From assembly GCA_041670585.1 (NCBI GenBank), contig JBAXYY010000001.1, positions 1 through 63,538 on the forward strand: a stretch of 63,538 nucleotides of DNA, read 5' to 3'. The notes beneath the pieces were generated by a model. That model was not told the DNA's origin, made no database searches, and saw only the letters and a list, made by a program, of their open reading frames with translations. The translations under genes were made by a program, and so were the position numbers. Shown piece after piece: positions 17,917-27,628 of this stretch; the first letter of the stretch is position 1; the number at the start of each line of letters is the position of its first letter. Source of the stretch: Treponema sp. (lineage in GTDB: Bacteria > Spirochaetota > Spirochaetia > Treponematales > Treponemataceae).

Positions 17917-18359
17917 TTTTTAACACCTCTCTTACGCAAGGCTTCAATGATGTTATGCTTTGTTGTCCATTTTGAATCATTTACAATTGCCTGCATACAT
18001 TTTTTATTTGTACGGTTTATAATAAGAGGACCTTGCAAATTAGCAGTTACAGCACTTCCGTCTGTAGGAACTGTTACAATTGCAAATACAATAACATCAG
18101 AAGGATCTTTTATTCCAATCTTAGAAAGCTCCTTGTCATCTATGTCAAGTTCATAGTCGCTGCAAATTATAAACGGATCTATAAGCAAAAACGCTAGATT
18201 AGAATCTTGCAGCGACTGAAGCCAAATTAACGGCTGGTACTCGCTGTCAATAAGCGCGAAATCAGTATACTCTTCAAATCCGAACAAACCTAATGGAATT
18301 GTAATAATATGTTCATTTGCAACTTCCACAGTTCCCATTGTCTTTGTTTTTACTTGCAT
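17910..18359 (-). CDS. fliW: Flagellar assembly factor FliW
   Basis: [25 protein letters not shown]. Confidence 0.95.
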   Translation of the reverse strand: MQVKTKTMGTVEVANEHIITIPLGLFGFEEYTDFALIDSEYQPLIWLQSLQDSNLAFLLIDPFIICSDYELDIDDKELSKIGIKDPSDVIVFAIVTVPTDGSAVTANLQGPLIINRTNKKCMQAIVNDSKWTTKHNIIEALRKRGVKKC

Positions 18360-18375
18360 TTATTCCACCTGTTTT

Positions 18376-18410
18376 AGTTGCCCTAAAAACTTATATTTTT
18401 AAAGGCAACT
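18376..18410. repeat. ~35-bp palindromic repeat
   Basis: AGTTGCCCTAAAAACTTATATTTTTAAAGGCAACT abutting the flgL stop. Confidence 0.7.
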
Positions 18411-19654
18411 TATTTTATATAGTTGAGCAATGTGCTTGAGTACATTTGTCCTGCGTTGCTCAAAGTTGCTTGGTTAACATATTCAAGCATTTTCAAATCT
18501 GTTACAGCAGTTGTTAAATCTATGTCGCCTTCCCTGCTTACAAGATTTGTAACATTTAGGTTATTTGTCTTGCTTCTTTCAACATTGTTTTTTGCCCTTT
18601 CAAAGCTGCTTCCAACTTCTGCCAAACGTGTTGTCAAAGTATTCATACCAGAGTCAATTGAACCTAAAACTCTTCCGCCAATAGTTTCCGTGTCACCCTT
18701 TAACATTGAATCCCTTAATGAAATTACAGTGTCAAATAGTGAGCCGCCAGAAACTCTTGCGCCGTTGCCAATATTGTAAGGAGGCTTTTGGCTTGAGTCT
18801 TTTATAACGCCCAATTCGTTAAGTGTTGTGCCGCTTTTATCTTCTAGCCACAATTGACGGGCATCTGTTGTTTCAAAGTTTAAACCATTTGTAATTGGGT
18901 CTATGGTTGCCTTCACAGCCGCTCCGCTGTCATTTATTTTTGCCGCAACTGCATAAACGTTGTCTCCTGATTTAATATTTATTTCCTTGCCGTCAACAGA
19001 AATTACGCTGTCTTCTTTTGACTGCCATGAGCTTGCGTCTGTTGAAGAAATAAGCTGCTGTTTTTCCGCCCAGAATGTTTTTGAACCGCTGTTGTCTAAA
19101 GTTAAAAATGCGTTCTCGTCAACTTCAAGCTTGTTTGTTCCATTGTTACCGTTGTACCGTACTTCTTCAATAAGAGGCTCTGTTGAACCAGGAAGACTTC
19201 CAAGAGAAACATCGAAAGCTGTTGTTTTTGTCTGTGTTCCAGAAAATAAAGAGTTGCCGTCAGGTCCAATTGCGTTTGCGTTTTGAATCATTTCCTTAAG
19301 AAGCTCGTTCACTTCTGAAGCCATGTTTGTAAGATCTTCTTTTGTGTTAATTCCGTTTGCACCATTAACAGCAAGCTCCCTTACCCTCTGCATTATCTGC
19401 AAGTTCTGATTTACATAGCCTTCTCTTACTTGAAACTGATCTGCCAAAGTCTGTGCGTTTTTTTCAAACTGGTTCACACGTGTAAGATATGACTTGTAGC
19501 GAACTAGATGTCCGGCCGCTATAGGGTCGTCTCGTAAGGAAGTAATTTTGCTTTGTGTGCCAATCTGGTTTTGCACTTTAGCCTTGCGGGCTTCCTGCGA
19601 CCTTAGATTGTATTGTGTATTATTGTTATTTAGCTGTGAACTTATTCTTTGCAT
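18410..19654 (-). CDS. flgL: Flagellar hook-associated protein 3 FlgL
   Basis: Flagellin-like N-terminus with DDPIAA, LFSG, C-terminal TLLNYI; downstream of flgK. Confidence 0.93.
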   Translation of the reverse strand: MQRISSQLNNNNTQYNLRSQEARKAKVQNQIGTQSKITSLRDDPIAAGHLVRYKSYLTRVNQFEKNAQTLADQFQVREGYVNQNLQIMQRVRELAVNGANGINTKEDLTNMASEVNELLKEMIQNANAIGPDGNSLFSGTQTKTTAFDVSLGSLPGSTEPLIEEVRYNGNNGTNKLEVDENAFLTLDNSGSKTFWAEKQQLISSTDASSWQSKEDSVISVDGKEINIKSGDNVYAVAAKINDSGAAVKATIDPITNGLNFETTDARQLWLEDKSGTTLNELGVIKDSSQKPPYNIGNGARVSGGSLFDTVISLRDSMLKGDTETIGGRVLGSIDSGMNTLTTRLAEVGSSFERAKNNVERSKTNNLNVTNLVSREGDIDLTTAVTDLKMLEYVNQATLSNAGQMYSSTLLNYIK

Positions 19655-19688
19655 TTTATTACTCCTTAATTATCAATTTGATTCAATA

Positions 19689-21560
19689 TTAAATACCAAG
19701 CTTGTTGATTATTGTGTCAAGCATTTCATCCTGCACATTTATGAATTTTGCAGCCGCATTGTAGCCATGCTGGAACTTAATTATATCTGCCAGCTCCTCG
19801 TCAATATTTACACCGCTCAAGTTGTCACGCAAATCTGTCAAGTTGTCCATAATTTTGTTTTTGCTTGCGAGCATGTTTTGTGCCTGCTCACCTTTTAAGC
19901 CAACCTCTGTAACTGTGTCAGCAAAGTAGTCGTCAAATGTTCTTTCTGTTCCAATCATTACTTTGGTGTTTCTTATTGAAGCAATTTCTACAGCAGCCCT
20001 TGCGTCACCGTTGTCTGCAAAGCCCTGGCTGTTTGGATAAGCCGCCGCAACACTAGAAACATCAGCATGAATTTTGTCATTCACTTGAACATAAGCCGCT
20101 GGATTTAAAACAGGTGACACTGAATATTGAGCATCAGCCAAAGCGTTAACTGCATCAGAATGAGCATAGTCATAAGCGCCGTCCGCACCGCTTGCCTGAA
20201 GAATTCCTGAGTAGCCCGTTAAGAACATGCCGCTGTCTTCCACATGGCGAATAACAAAATCCTGGTTGTCCATAGACTTTGAAGTTGTCGCTTTTAACAC
20301 AAGAGAATTGTTTCTGTCAAGGTAAGCCTTTACTTCTCCATTGCTGTCATTTATTCGATTTATAACAGTTTCAACAGTGTCTGTCGCGTGATATGGCACC
20401 TGGACAGTTCCATCGCCGCTGTTAAAAGTCATTGTTCCTTCAAGCCCAACCTGCTGCTGCAAATCAAGTTTTGTTGTTCCAGTAAATCTAAAAATGTATG
20501 ATGTGTCTAAAGTGCCGTCTCCGTTTCTGTCAAAGTTGCCGTTTGTATTTTCAACAAATGAATGTTGAGTAAAGAAATCAAGTCCTGTCACATTGTTTTT
20601 GCCAACAGCATTTCTATGTACATCATTTACCAAGTCAGAGAAGTTCATTGTCATTGTGTTTAAGCTTTGAATTTCGTTTCTAATATCAACATCTCTTAAC
20701 TCAACCAATGCGCCTAAAGAGCCGCCTTTGAAATAAGCGTCGTTTTTTGTGTCTGACCACTGAAGTTTGCTAAAGCCGTTGTTGTTCACTTCTGCAACTG
20801 ACTCAATTTTACGAGCATAGCTTCCTTGAACAATAATTTGACCGTCTGTGTGGACCATATACTCATCAGGATCTTCTTGAGTCACAGTTACATTTATTAA
20901 GCTGGAAAGTTTTTCTACAAGAGTGTCTCGCTTGTCCATTAGATCATTTGGATTGTCTCCCATAGCCTTGCTTCTTACAATTTCATGGTTCAAGTTAGCA
21001 ATTTGCCGTGTGTAGTCGTTCACTTGTTTTACAGTTGATTCAATATCGCTGTTGATTTGGACTGCAATTCCATTAAGGCTTTTATACTGCTGCTGAATTG
21101 AATTTGTTAAACTGTCGCCTCTTGTTACAACAGCTTGACGGGCCGCGTCGCTTTCTGGATAAGTTGAAAGTTCCTGCCAGCTTTCCCAAAATTTATCAAG
21201 GTTGCTTCTTACAGAAATATCATCTGGCTCATTATAAATTTGCTCAATCTGAGTGTAATAATTGTCGCGTGTAGACCAGTAGGAATTGTCGCTTGACTGA
21301 GCAACTATTCTAGAGTCAAGAGTTTCATCTCTTACACGAGTTATGCTTTCTACAGTTGTGCCCTGTCCTATTTGACCTGCAACTTCTGCTCTTTCCAAAT
21401 CTGGACGATAAAGTGGCTCAAAAGCAGAGACATTCACTTTTTGACGGCTGTAGCCTTCAACATCAGCATTTGAAATATTGTGGCCTGCTGTTGATATTTG
21501 AGTTGTATGCGCCATAAGGCTTCTTTTTCCAATTTCTATTCCTGCAAAAGAATTTGCCAT
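19689..21560 (-). CDS. flgK: Flagellar hook-associated protein 1 FlgK
   Basis: GHNISNADVEGYSRQ, SGVNIDEELADIIKFQHGYNAAAK. Confidence 0.96.
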   Translation of the reverse strand: MANSFAGIEIGKRSLMAHTTQISTAGHNISNADVEGYSRQKVNVSAFEPLYRPDLERAEVAGQIGQGTTVESITRVRDETLDSRIVAQSSDNSYWSTRDNYYTQIEQIYNEPDDISVRSNLDKFWESWQELSTYPESDAARQAVVTRGDSLTNSIQQQYKSLNGIAVQINSDIESTVKQVNDYTRQIANLNHEIVRSKAMGDNPNDLMDKRDTLVEKLSSLINVTVTQEDPDEYMVHTDGQIIVQGSYARKIESVAEVNNNGFSKLQWSDTKNDAYFKGGSLGALVELRDVDIRNEIQSLNTMTMNFSDLVNDVHRNAVGKNNVTGLDFFTQHSFVENTNGNFDRNGDGTLDTSYIFRFTGTTKLDLQQQVGLEGTMTFNSGDGTVQVPYHATDTVETVINRINDSNGEVKAYLDRNNSLVLKATTSKSMDNQDFVIRHVEDSGMFLTGYSGILQASGADGAYDYAHSDAVNALADAQYSVSPVLNPAAYVQVNDKIHADVSSVAAAYPNSQGFADNGDARAAVEIASIRNTKVMIGTERTFDDYFADTVTEVGLKGEQAQNMLASKNKIMDNLTDLRDNLSGVNIDEELADIIKFQHGYNAAAKFINVQDEMLDTIINKLGI

Positions 21561-21600
21561 TTTATCCTCCAAATAAAAAAATAAACTTCAAAAACAAAAA

Positions 21601-22053
21601 TTAAAAAAGTTTATTGATTACAATACTCTGCATAACAGGTTTTTGAATTTGACCTTTGCTTGTATAAAGGGTGTTTCTTTGCTGAGGAACACATTTATCA
21701 AGAACATTCGCCAACAGACTTTGAGCTGTGTTTACGTATGTAGAAAGCGCCATGTTTTCAATTTTGCTCTGAGTAAGTTTTGACCTAACGCTTGTAAAAA
21801 GAGGTTCAACTTTTGAAGCAAAATAAATAGTTCTGTCATTGCCAATTAATTTTTCTCTTTCATCATCTAAAGAAACAAAACCGTTGCTGTATGCTTCCAT
21901 TTCAGAAAAATTATCTTGAAGCTCGTTCCAGTTTCTGCTTATGACATCATCATGAATTTTCCCCTGCGTTTTAAGAATACAGTCAAGAAGTTCATCTTGA
22001 GATTTTAGAATTTCAATCAGTTTCTCTTCTCTAGTAATATTTACTTTGTTCAT
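21601..22053 (-). CDS. flgN: FlgN-like export chaperone
   Basis: Helical ~150 aa protein upstream of flgK with C-terminal YTSKG; RBS GAGGAG. Confidence 0.65.
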   Translation of the reverse strand: MNKVNITREEKLIEILKSQDELLDCILKTQGKIHDDVISRNWNELQDNFSEMEAYSNGFVSLDDEREKLIGNDRTIYFASKVEPLFTSVRSKLTQSKIENMALSTYVNTAQSLLANVLDKCVPQQRNTLYTSKGQIQKPVMQSIVINKLF

Positions 22054-22072
22054 TACAAAACTCCTCATCTAA

Positions 22073-22099
22073 TTATCGGATAATACTTTTTCAACTTTA
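22073..22099 (-). promoter_or_regulatory. Sigma28 promoter of the flgN-flgK-flgL-fliW-csrA operon
   Basis: Minus strand TAAA-N15-TCCGATAA. Confidence 0.75.
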
Positions 22100-22189
22100 G
22101 TTATTTTACATTTATGTGATATTGTTTTTTTCTTTGAAGAATTTTTATAAAAAAAAGTCATTTTATTGAAAGAAACGTTCTTTTTGTAC

Positions 22190-22219
22190 TTGACTAAGAC
22201 TAAGTTTTTTTGATATTAT
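22190..22219 (+). promoter_or_regulatory. Sigma70 promoter for tRNA cluster
   Basis: TTGACT-N18-TATTAT with TG extension. Confidence 0.55.
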
Positions 22220-22237
22220 CTCGCTTGTCAGTTACAT

Positions 22238-22310
22238 GGTGCCTGTAGTTCAGCGGTAGAATCCCAGATTGTGGATCTGGTTGTCGTGGGTTCGATACCC
22301 ACTAGGCACC
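22238..22310 (+). tRNA. tRNA-His(GTG)
   Basis: G-1 plus GTGCCTG/TAGGCAC acceptor; CCAGA-TTGTGGA-TCTGG. Confidence 0.95.
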
Positions 22311-22343
22311 CTAAGCCGAACCTCAGGGAACGGTTGCCGAGAC

Positions 22344-22417
22344 GCGTTCGTAGCTCAACTGGATAGAGCAATGGACTTCGAATCCGTAGGTTGCACGTTC
22401 GAACCGTGTCGGACGCA
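22344..22417 (+). tRNA. tRNA-Arg(TCG)
   Basis: ATGGA-CTTCGAA-TCCGT anticodon arm; cloverleaf. Confidence 0.93.
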
Positions 22418-22464
22418 AAAATGTAATTGAAGTTCCAGTTAATACGGAATTGCAATACGATTTC

Positions 22465-22537
22465 GGGCGATTAGCTCAGTTGGTAGAGCAACAGACTCTT
22501 AATCTGTGGGTCGGGAGTTCGAGCCTCCCATCGCTCA
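22465..22537 (+). tRNA. tRNA-Lys(CTT)
   Basis: ACAGA-CTCTTAA-TCTGT. Confidence 0.95.
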
Positions 22538-22595
22538 AATGTTTTGGGTTTGATTCTAATTCTGTGTAATGCTGGTCAGATACCATTGCATTAAT

Positions 22596-22676
22596 GCGAG
22601 AGTGGTGGAATTGGCAGACACGCCAGACTTAGGATCTGGTGCCCTAGGCATGAGGGTTCAAGTCCCTTCCCTCGCA
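22596..22676 (+). tRNA. tRNA-Leu(TAG)
   Basis: CCAGA-CTTAGGA-TCTGG; extended variable arm. Confidence 0.95.
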
Positions 22677-22697
22677 TAGCTTTTGAAACTTATTTTT

Positions 22698-22769
22698 GCG
22701 GGAATAGCTCAGTAGTAGAGCGCAACCTTGCCAAGGTTGATGTCGCGGGTCCGATTCCCGTTTCCCGCT
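22698..22769 (+). tRNA. tRNA-Gly(GCC), copy 1 (A18, C55 variant)
   Basis: GCGGGAA/TTCCCGC acceptor, CAACC-TTGCCAA-GGTTG. Confidence 0.93.
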
Positions 22770-22841
22770 CTATTGCTTTACAGCAAAGATTATTTGACAT
22801 TTATGAAGTAATTTTTGCACGGACACTCCGTAGCAATTTTT

Positions 22842-22913
22842 GCGGGAATAGCTCAGTAGTAGAGCGCAACCTTGCCAAGGTTGATGTCGCGGGTCCGATT
22901 CCCGTTTCCCGCT
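22842..22913 (+). tRNA. tRNA-Gly(GCC), copy 2 (identical to copy 1)
   Basis: Exact duplicate of 22698-22769. Confidence 0.93.
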
Positions 22914-22922
22914 CTAAACAGA

Positions 22923-22956
22923 AGGCGATTTGGAGTAAATCTGAATCGCTTTTTTT
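22923..22956 (+). terminator. Terminator after tRNA cluster
   Basis: AGGCGATTTGGA...TCTGAATCGCTT followed by T-tract. Confidence 0.7.
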
Positions 22957-22982
22957 ATATCTTTTATTAAGGGGATACTCAA

Positions 22983-24350
22983 GTGAATATTACCAAAGAA
23001 ATCACCAAGATTGAAAAATCAGCAGTAAAAGTTACTGTAACAATCGCAAAAGAAGATGTGGCTGCAAATTACAATGAATCTATTGCAAAATACGCAAAGA
23101 ACATTCAGCTGCCTGGCTTTAGAAAAGGACATGTGCCAGTTGCAACACTCGAACAGAAATATGGTGAATCATTAAGAGCGGAAATCTGCGGTGACTTGAT
23201 TGACAAATCACTTAATGAAATTCTAGATGCGGAAGATGCAAAAGACATTTGCCCGCTTCCATACGCACAGCCAAAACTTGAGTCAGTGCCATCTCTTGAT
23301 GTTGCAAAAGACTTAACATACACAGTTACTTTTGATGTTTTTCCAAAAGTTGAAGTGAAGAATTTCAGTGGCATTACAATAAAAGAGCCACAGGTTGAAA
23401 TTGGACAGAAAGAGCTTGATGAAGAGCTAAAGGCAATTCAGGAAAGAAATGCTGTTGTAATTGACAAGAAGGACGAGGACAAGGTTGAAAAAGACAACAT
23501 TGTAACAATCAACTACAAAGAGCTTGATGACAGCGGAAAAACTGTAGAAAAATCAGAAAGACAAGACTTTGTTTTCACAGTTGGTTCTGGTGAAGATATC
23601 TACAAAATTGACGACGACATTATTGGAATGAAAAAAGGTGAATCAAAAGAAATCACCAAAACATACAAAGCTGATGACGCAGACAAAGACTTGGCTGGCA
23701 AAACAAAGAAAATCAGCGTAACAGTAACTGCTATAAAAGTAAGAAACATTCCAGCGCTTGACGACGACTTGGCGCAGGATGTTAATGAAAAATACAAGAC
23801 ACTTGACGACCTAAAGAAAGACATTACTCTTAACATGGAGACTGCTAAGAATAAGAAAATTGAAGAAATCAAGAGCCAGAGCCTTCTCTCTCAGCTTGTA
23901 GAGAAAAATCCTTTTGACTTGCCAGAATCAATGCTTAAAGCAGAACTTGACAGCCGTTGGCAGATGATGGCGCAGCAGTTCCAGACAACACCAGAGCAGC
24001 TTGACAGAATGATTGCAGCAAGCGGTCAGAAGAAAGAGGACATGCTCAAACAGTGGACTGGCGACAGTGAAAAAATGCTCAAAAGCCGTATTATTGTCGA
24101 CGAGCTTATCCGCGAGAAAAACATTGCTGTTACTCCAGAAGAAATTGAAGAAGAATATAAAAAAATGGCAGAAGGCAGCGGAGTTACAGTCGATGAAGTT
24201 AAAAAGCACTATGCAGATGCACGTTCAAAAGAATATCTTATTGACGATACAAAAGAGCAGAAGCTTTACAACGAATTGTACAAACAGGTAAAAATTGCAA
24301 AAGGCGACAAAGTTGCTTTCTCTGATTTATTCAAAAATGAGAATAACTAA
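22983..24350 (+). CDS. tig: Trigger factor
   Basis: LPGFRKGHVP signature; upstream of clpP-clpX. Confidence 0.95.
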   Translation: MNITKEITKIEKSAVKVTVTIAKEDVAANYNESIAKYAKNIQLPGFRKGHVPVATLEQKYGESLRAEICGDLIDKSLNEILDAEDAKDICPLPYAQPKLESVPSLDVAKDLTYTVTFDVFPKVEVKNFSGITIKEPQVEIGQKELDEELKAIQERNAVVIDKKDEDKVEKDNIVTINYKELDDSGKTVEKSERQDFVFTVGSGEDIYKIDDDIIGMKKGESKEITKTYKADDADKDLAGKTKKISVTVTAIKVRNIPALDDDLAQDVNEKYKTLDDLKKDITLNMETAKNKKIEEIKSQSLLSQLVEKNPFDLPESMLKAELDSRWQMMAQQFQTTPEQLDRMIAASGQKKEDMLKQWTGDSEKMLKSRIIVDELIREKNIAVTPEEIEEEYKKMAEGSGVTVDEVKKHYADARSKEYLIDDTKEQKLYNELYKQVKIAKGDKVAFSDLFKNENN

Positions 24351-24374
24351 CAGCAATTTGTTCTAAAATAAAAC

Positions 24375-24415
24375 AACGGAGTGCTGGCATTATTGTAGCC
24401 ACATTCCGTTTTTTT
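24375..24415 (+). terminator. Terminator after tig
   Basis: AACGGAGTG...CACATTCCGTT followed by T-tract. Confidence 0.55.
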
Positions 24416-24468
24416 GTTTATATTAAATATGTATATAAAATAAAAGAATATTTCAGGGGGATTTCTTT

Positions 24469-25083
24469 ATGAATGAAAATATGAATTCAATAGTTCCTAC
24501 AGTTGTTGAAAGAAGTGGAAATGTTGAACGCTCTTATGATATTTTTTCACGTCTTTTAAAAGACAGAATTATATTTGTTGACGGCGAGATTCGCGATGAA
24601 AACGCCGATATGGTTGTAGCGCAGCTTTTGTTCTTGGAAAGCGAAAATCCAGACAAAGACATCAGCATGTATATAAATTCACCAGGCGGAAGCGTAACAG
24701 CGGGTCTTGCTATTTATGACACTATGCAGTACGTAAAATGCGACATTCAGACTATCTGCATGGGACAAGCAGCCAGCATGGGCGCTATTCTTCTTGCGGG
24801 CGGCACACAGGGCAAACGTTACGCGCTTCCTTCAAGCCGTGTAATGATTCACCAGCCTTGGGGCGGAGCAGAAGGTCAGGAAAGCGACATTGCAATTCAA
24901 GCAAAAGAAATTGTACGTCTTAAGAAGCTTTCTATTAAATATTTTGCTCAGAAAACAAACAAAGCAGAAGATGTTGTTGCAAAAGACATGGAAAGAGACT
25001 TCTACATGTCAGCGCAAGAAGCTCAGAATTATGGTATAATAGACCACATAATGGAATCTGAACACAAAGGGGAAAACAAATAA
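24469..25083 (+). CDS. clpP: ATP-dependent Clp protease proteolytic subunit
   Basis: [33 protein letters not shown]. Confidence 0.97.
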   Translation: MNENMNSIVPTVVERSGNVERSYDIFSRLLKDRIIFVDGEIRDENADMVVAQLLFLESENPDKDISMYINSPGGSVTAGLAIYDTMQYVKCDIQTICMGQAASMGAILLAGGTQGKRYALPSSRVMIHQPWGGAEGQESDIAIQAKEIVRLKKLSIKYFAQKTNKAEDVVAKDMERDFYMSAQEAQNYGIIDHIMESEHKGENK

Positions 25084-26345
25084 TGCGTGGATTTGGAAAA
25101 AACGACCAACAGGTTTGCTCTTTTTGCGGCAAGCCAGCTGGTGAAGACCGACATTTAGTAGCGGCTCCTAACGGAAATATATTCATCTGTGATCAATGTA
25201 TAGAAATTTGCAAAGGCATTCTAAATGAAGAAGAGCATGGAATTACACCTATAGACATGGGCGAAGTTCCGTATCCTAAGGAATTTAAAGAATATCTTGA
25301 CCAGTACGTTATTGGACAGGACTATGCAAAGAAGGCGTTGTCAGTAGCAGTTTACAATCACTACAAGCAGCTTTCAGCACCTAGCGAGCTTCAGAAGAAA
25401 AATGATATAAAGATTGAAAAGTCCAACATTCTTCTTATTGGACCTACAGGAAGCGGTAAAACACTTCTTGCAAAGACACTTGCGCAGAAGTTAAAGGTTC
25501 CATTTGCAATTGCAGATGCCACTACCCTTACAGAAGCCGGCTATGTTGGTGAAGATGTAGAAAATGTTCTTCTAAAACTTATAAATGCTGCTGATGGAAA
25601 TGTACAGGCTGCGGAAAGAGGTATTGTCTTTATAGATGAAATTGACAAGATTAGCCGTAAGAGCGAAAACACTTCAATTACACGCGATGTAAGCGGTGAA
25701 GGCGTTCAGCAGGCTCTTTTAAAGATTATTGAAGGTACACATGCTTCTGTTCCACCACAGGGCGGCAGAAAGCATCCTAACCAGGAAATGATCGACATTG
25801 ACACGACAAATATTCTTTTCATTTGCGGAGGAGCATTTGTTGGACTTGAAAAAATAATAGAGCAGCGTCTTTCTTCAGCATCTATTGGCTTTGGCGCAAA
25901 AGGAACAAGACGTTCTGAAGAAGAAAGAATGAACTTGTTGAACCAAGTTACATCTGACGACCTTGTTAAGTTTGGAATTATACCAGAGCTTATTGGAAGG
26001 CTTCCAATCACTGTGGCACTTAAGGAGCTTAACCTTGAGGATTTAAAGAAAATTCTTACAGAGCCAAAAAATGCAATCACTAAGCAATTTGAAGCAAGTT
26101 TTGCTATAGACGATGTTGATTTAACTTTCTCTGACGACGCAATTGACGAGATAGCTAATATTGCAATACAGCATAAGACTGGAGCGCGCGGACTTCGTTC
26201 AATAGTAGAGAAGATTCTTCTTGATATTATGTATGAAGTGCCAAGTGTAAAAGGTAAAAAGAAACTCGTTATTACTAAGGATATTGTAACTCAGAAAGTG
26301 ATTCCTACAATTGAGTCCATGCTCATTGAGCAGAAGACAGCTTAA
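25083..26345 (+). CDS. clpX: Clp protease ATP-binding subunit ClpX
   Basis: CSFC zinc finger, [23 protein letters not shown]. Confidence 0.97.
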   Translation: MRGFGKNDQQVCSFCGKPAGEDRHLVAAPNGNIFICDQCIEICKGILNEEEHGITPIDMGEVPYPKEFKEYLDQYVIGQDYAKKALSVAVYNHYKQLSAPSELQKKNDIKIEKSNILLIGPTGSGKTLLAKTLAQKLKVPFAIADATTLTEAGYVGEDVENVLLKLINAADGNVQAAERGIVFIDEIDKISRKSENTSITRDVSGEGVQQALLKIIEGTHASVPPQGGRKHPNQEMIDIDTTNILFICGGAFVGLEKIIEQRLSSASIGFGAKGTRRSEEERMNLLNQVTSDDLVKFGIIPELIGRLPITVALKELNLEDLKKILTEPKNAITKQFEASFAIDDVDLTFSDDAIDEIANIAIQHKTGARGLRSIVEKILLDIMYEVPSVKGKKKLVITKDIVTQKVIPTIESMLIEQKTA

Positions 26346-26359
26346 TTATATAACTAAAA

Positions 26360-26396
26360 GGGCACATCTAAGAACATAAGTTTTTTAGATATGCCC
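26360..26396. repeat. ~35-bp palindromic repeat
   Basis: GGGCACATCTAAGAACATAAGTTTTTTAGATATGCCC. Confidence 0.75.
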
Positions 26397-26423
26397 TATT
26401 TTATTTATATTTTCTTATGACAC

Positions 26424-26459
26424 AAAGCGCTGCAATTTTTTAATTGCAGCGCTTTTTTT
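26424..26459. terminator. Bidirectional terminator between clpX and GT4 gene
   Basis: AAAGCGCTGCAATT...AATTGCAGCGCTTT followed by T-tract. Confidence 0.75.
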
Positions 26460-27579
26460 ATTTTTTTTCAGAAATTTTCTTCAATAAAGCAAGTGTCTCT
26501 TCTGCTGTCTTTTCCCAAGAGAATCTTTTTGTCCATTCAAGACCGCCTAAAACAAGACGTTCCCTAAGTTTCTTATCATCAACTATTTTTTCCATGCACT
26601 GCTCTATGTCTTCAACGCTGTCGCTGTTAAAATAAAGAGCGTTTTCTCCAGCAATTTCTGGCAACGCTCCGGCTTTTGCACAAGCAACAGGAAGACCGGT
26701 AGCCATAGCCTCTATTACAGGAAGCCCTACTCCTTCATTAACCGACGGAAAAATACATGCTTCGGCACCTCTGTACAATTCAGGAAAACTTTCATGCGGA
26801 AAATATCCTGTTAGAAATATTTCACTAGCCGCGCTTGACTGAAATGCCGCCTTGTGAACTTCATCACTATAAGGGCCGTCTGCTCCTGCTAAGACAAGCC
26901 TATGTGGAAGATGAGTTTTTTCTTTAAACAAAGTAAACGCTTTTATAAGCTCTATATGTTTTTTTTCAGAGCTTGCCATGCGGCTGGCATATATAAAATA
27001 AGGGCGTTTTATTGCAAAAGGCTTAATGTCAACTGTTTCATCATTTTCTATAGCACGAGGAAAGAACAAGCTGTGGTCTATTCCATTATGCACAATCTGT
27101 ATGTTGTTATTCTTAACACCGCTTCTTTCAAGGTCTTTTTTTACAAACTGGCTTGCGGCAATAATACAATCTACATTTGAAAGTCCCTTTTTTATTTGAC
27201 TACAGATAAGCTTTTCATTTGACTTTTCAAAATTTGTGCTGAATATTGCATTTACAATAGCGACGCTTGGAATTTTAAACTTTAGCGGAAGCATCCTTGT
27301 TGCAGCTGTATAAATCACAATGTCATAATTATTTTTCTTGCAAAATTTATTAACATTAAAAACATGCCATAGTCTTTCTGCAGAAAGGCTGTCTGGGACA
27401 TTTGCGCTTGTGTAATTTATTTCTTTATCACTTGTATATGTATAACGGTCAATTTCAGGGCCGAATAAATCATATTTTACATCAGCTGAAGAAGAAAGGC
27501 TTTTCACTAAGGACAAAAGGTAAGAGCCTATGCCAGAACGTCCGTGGTCGCAGCCGAATGTATCAATTCCAACTTTCAT
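26458..27579 (-). CDS. Glycosyltransferase family 4
   Basis: HNGID, FPSVNEGVGLPVIEAMATGLPV, FSWEKTA. Confidence 0.9.
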   Translation of the reverse strand: MKVGIDTFGCDHGRSGIGSYLLSLVKSLSSSADVKYDLFGPEIDRYTYTSDKEINYTSANVPDSLSAERLWHVFNVNKFCKKNNYDIVIYTAATRMLPLKFKIPSVAIVNAIFSTNFEKSNEKLICSQIKKGLSNVDCIIAASQFVKKDLERSGVKNNNIQIVHNGIDHSLFFPRAIENDETVDIKPFAIKRPYFIYASRMASSEKKHIELIKAFTLFKEKTHLPHRLVLAGADGPYSDEVHKAAFQSSAASEIFLTGYFPHESFPELYRGAEACIFPSVNEGVGLPVIEAMATGLPVACAKAGALPEIAGENALYFNSDSVEDIEQCMEKIVDDKKLRERLVLGGLEWTKRFSWEKTAEETLALLKKISEKK

Positions 27580-27628
27580 AAGGACATATTATAGCACAGA
27601 AATTGAAAAATATGCTATAGTTTGAGTT

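Noticed and set aside
22228-22455. 75-aa minus-strand ORF
   Set aside because: Antisense to tRNA-His and tRNA-Arg
22698-22913. tRNA-Gly duplication as an integration (att) scar
   Set aside because: Both copies are full length, 72 bp apart, with no integrase or cargo between them
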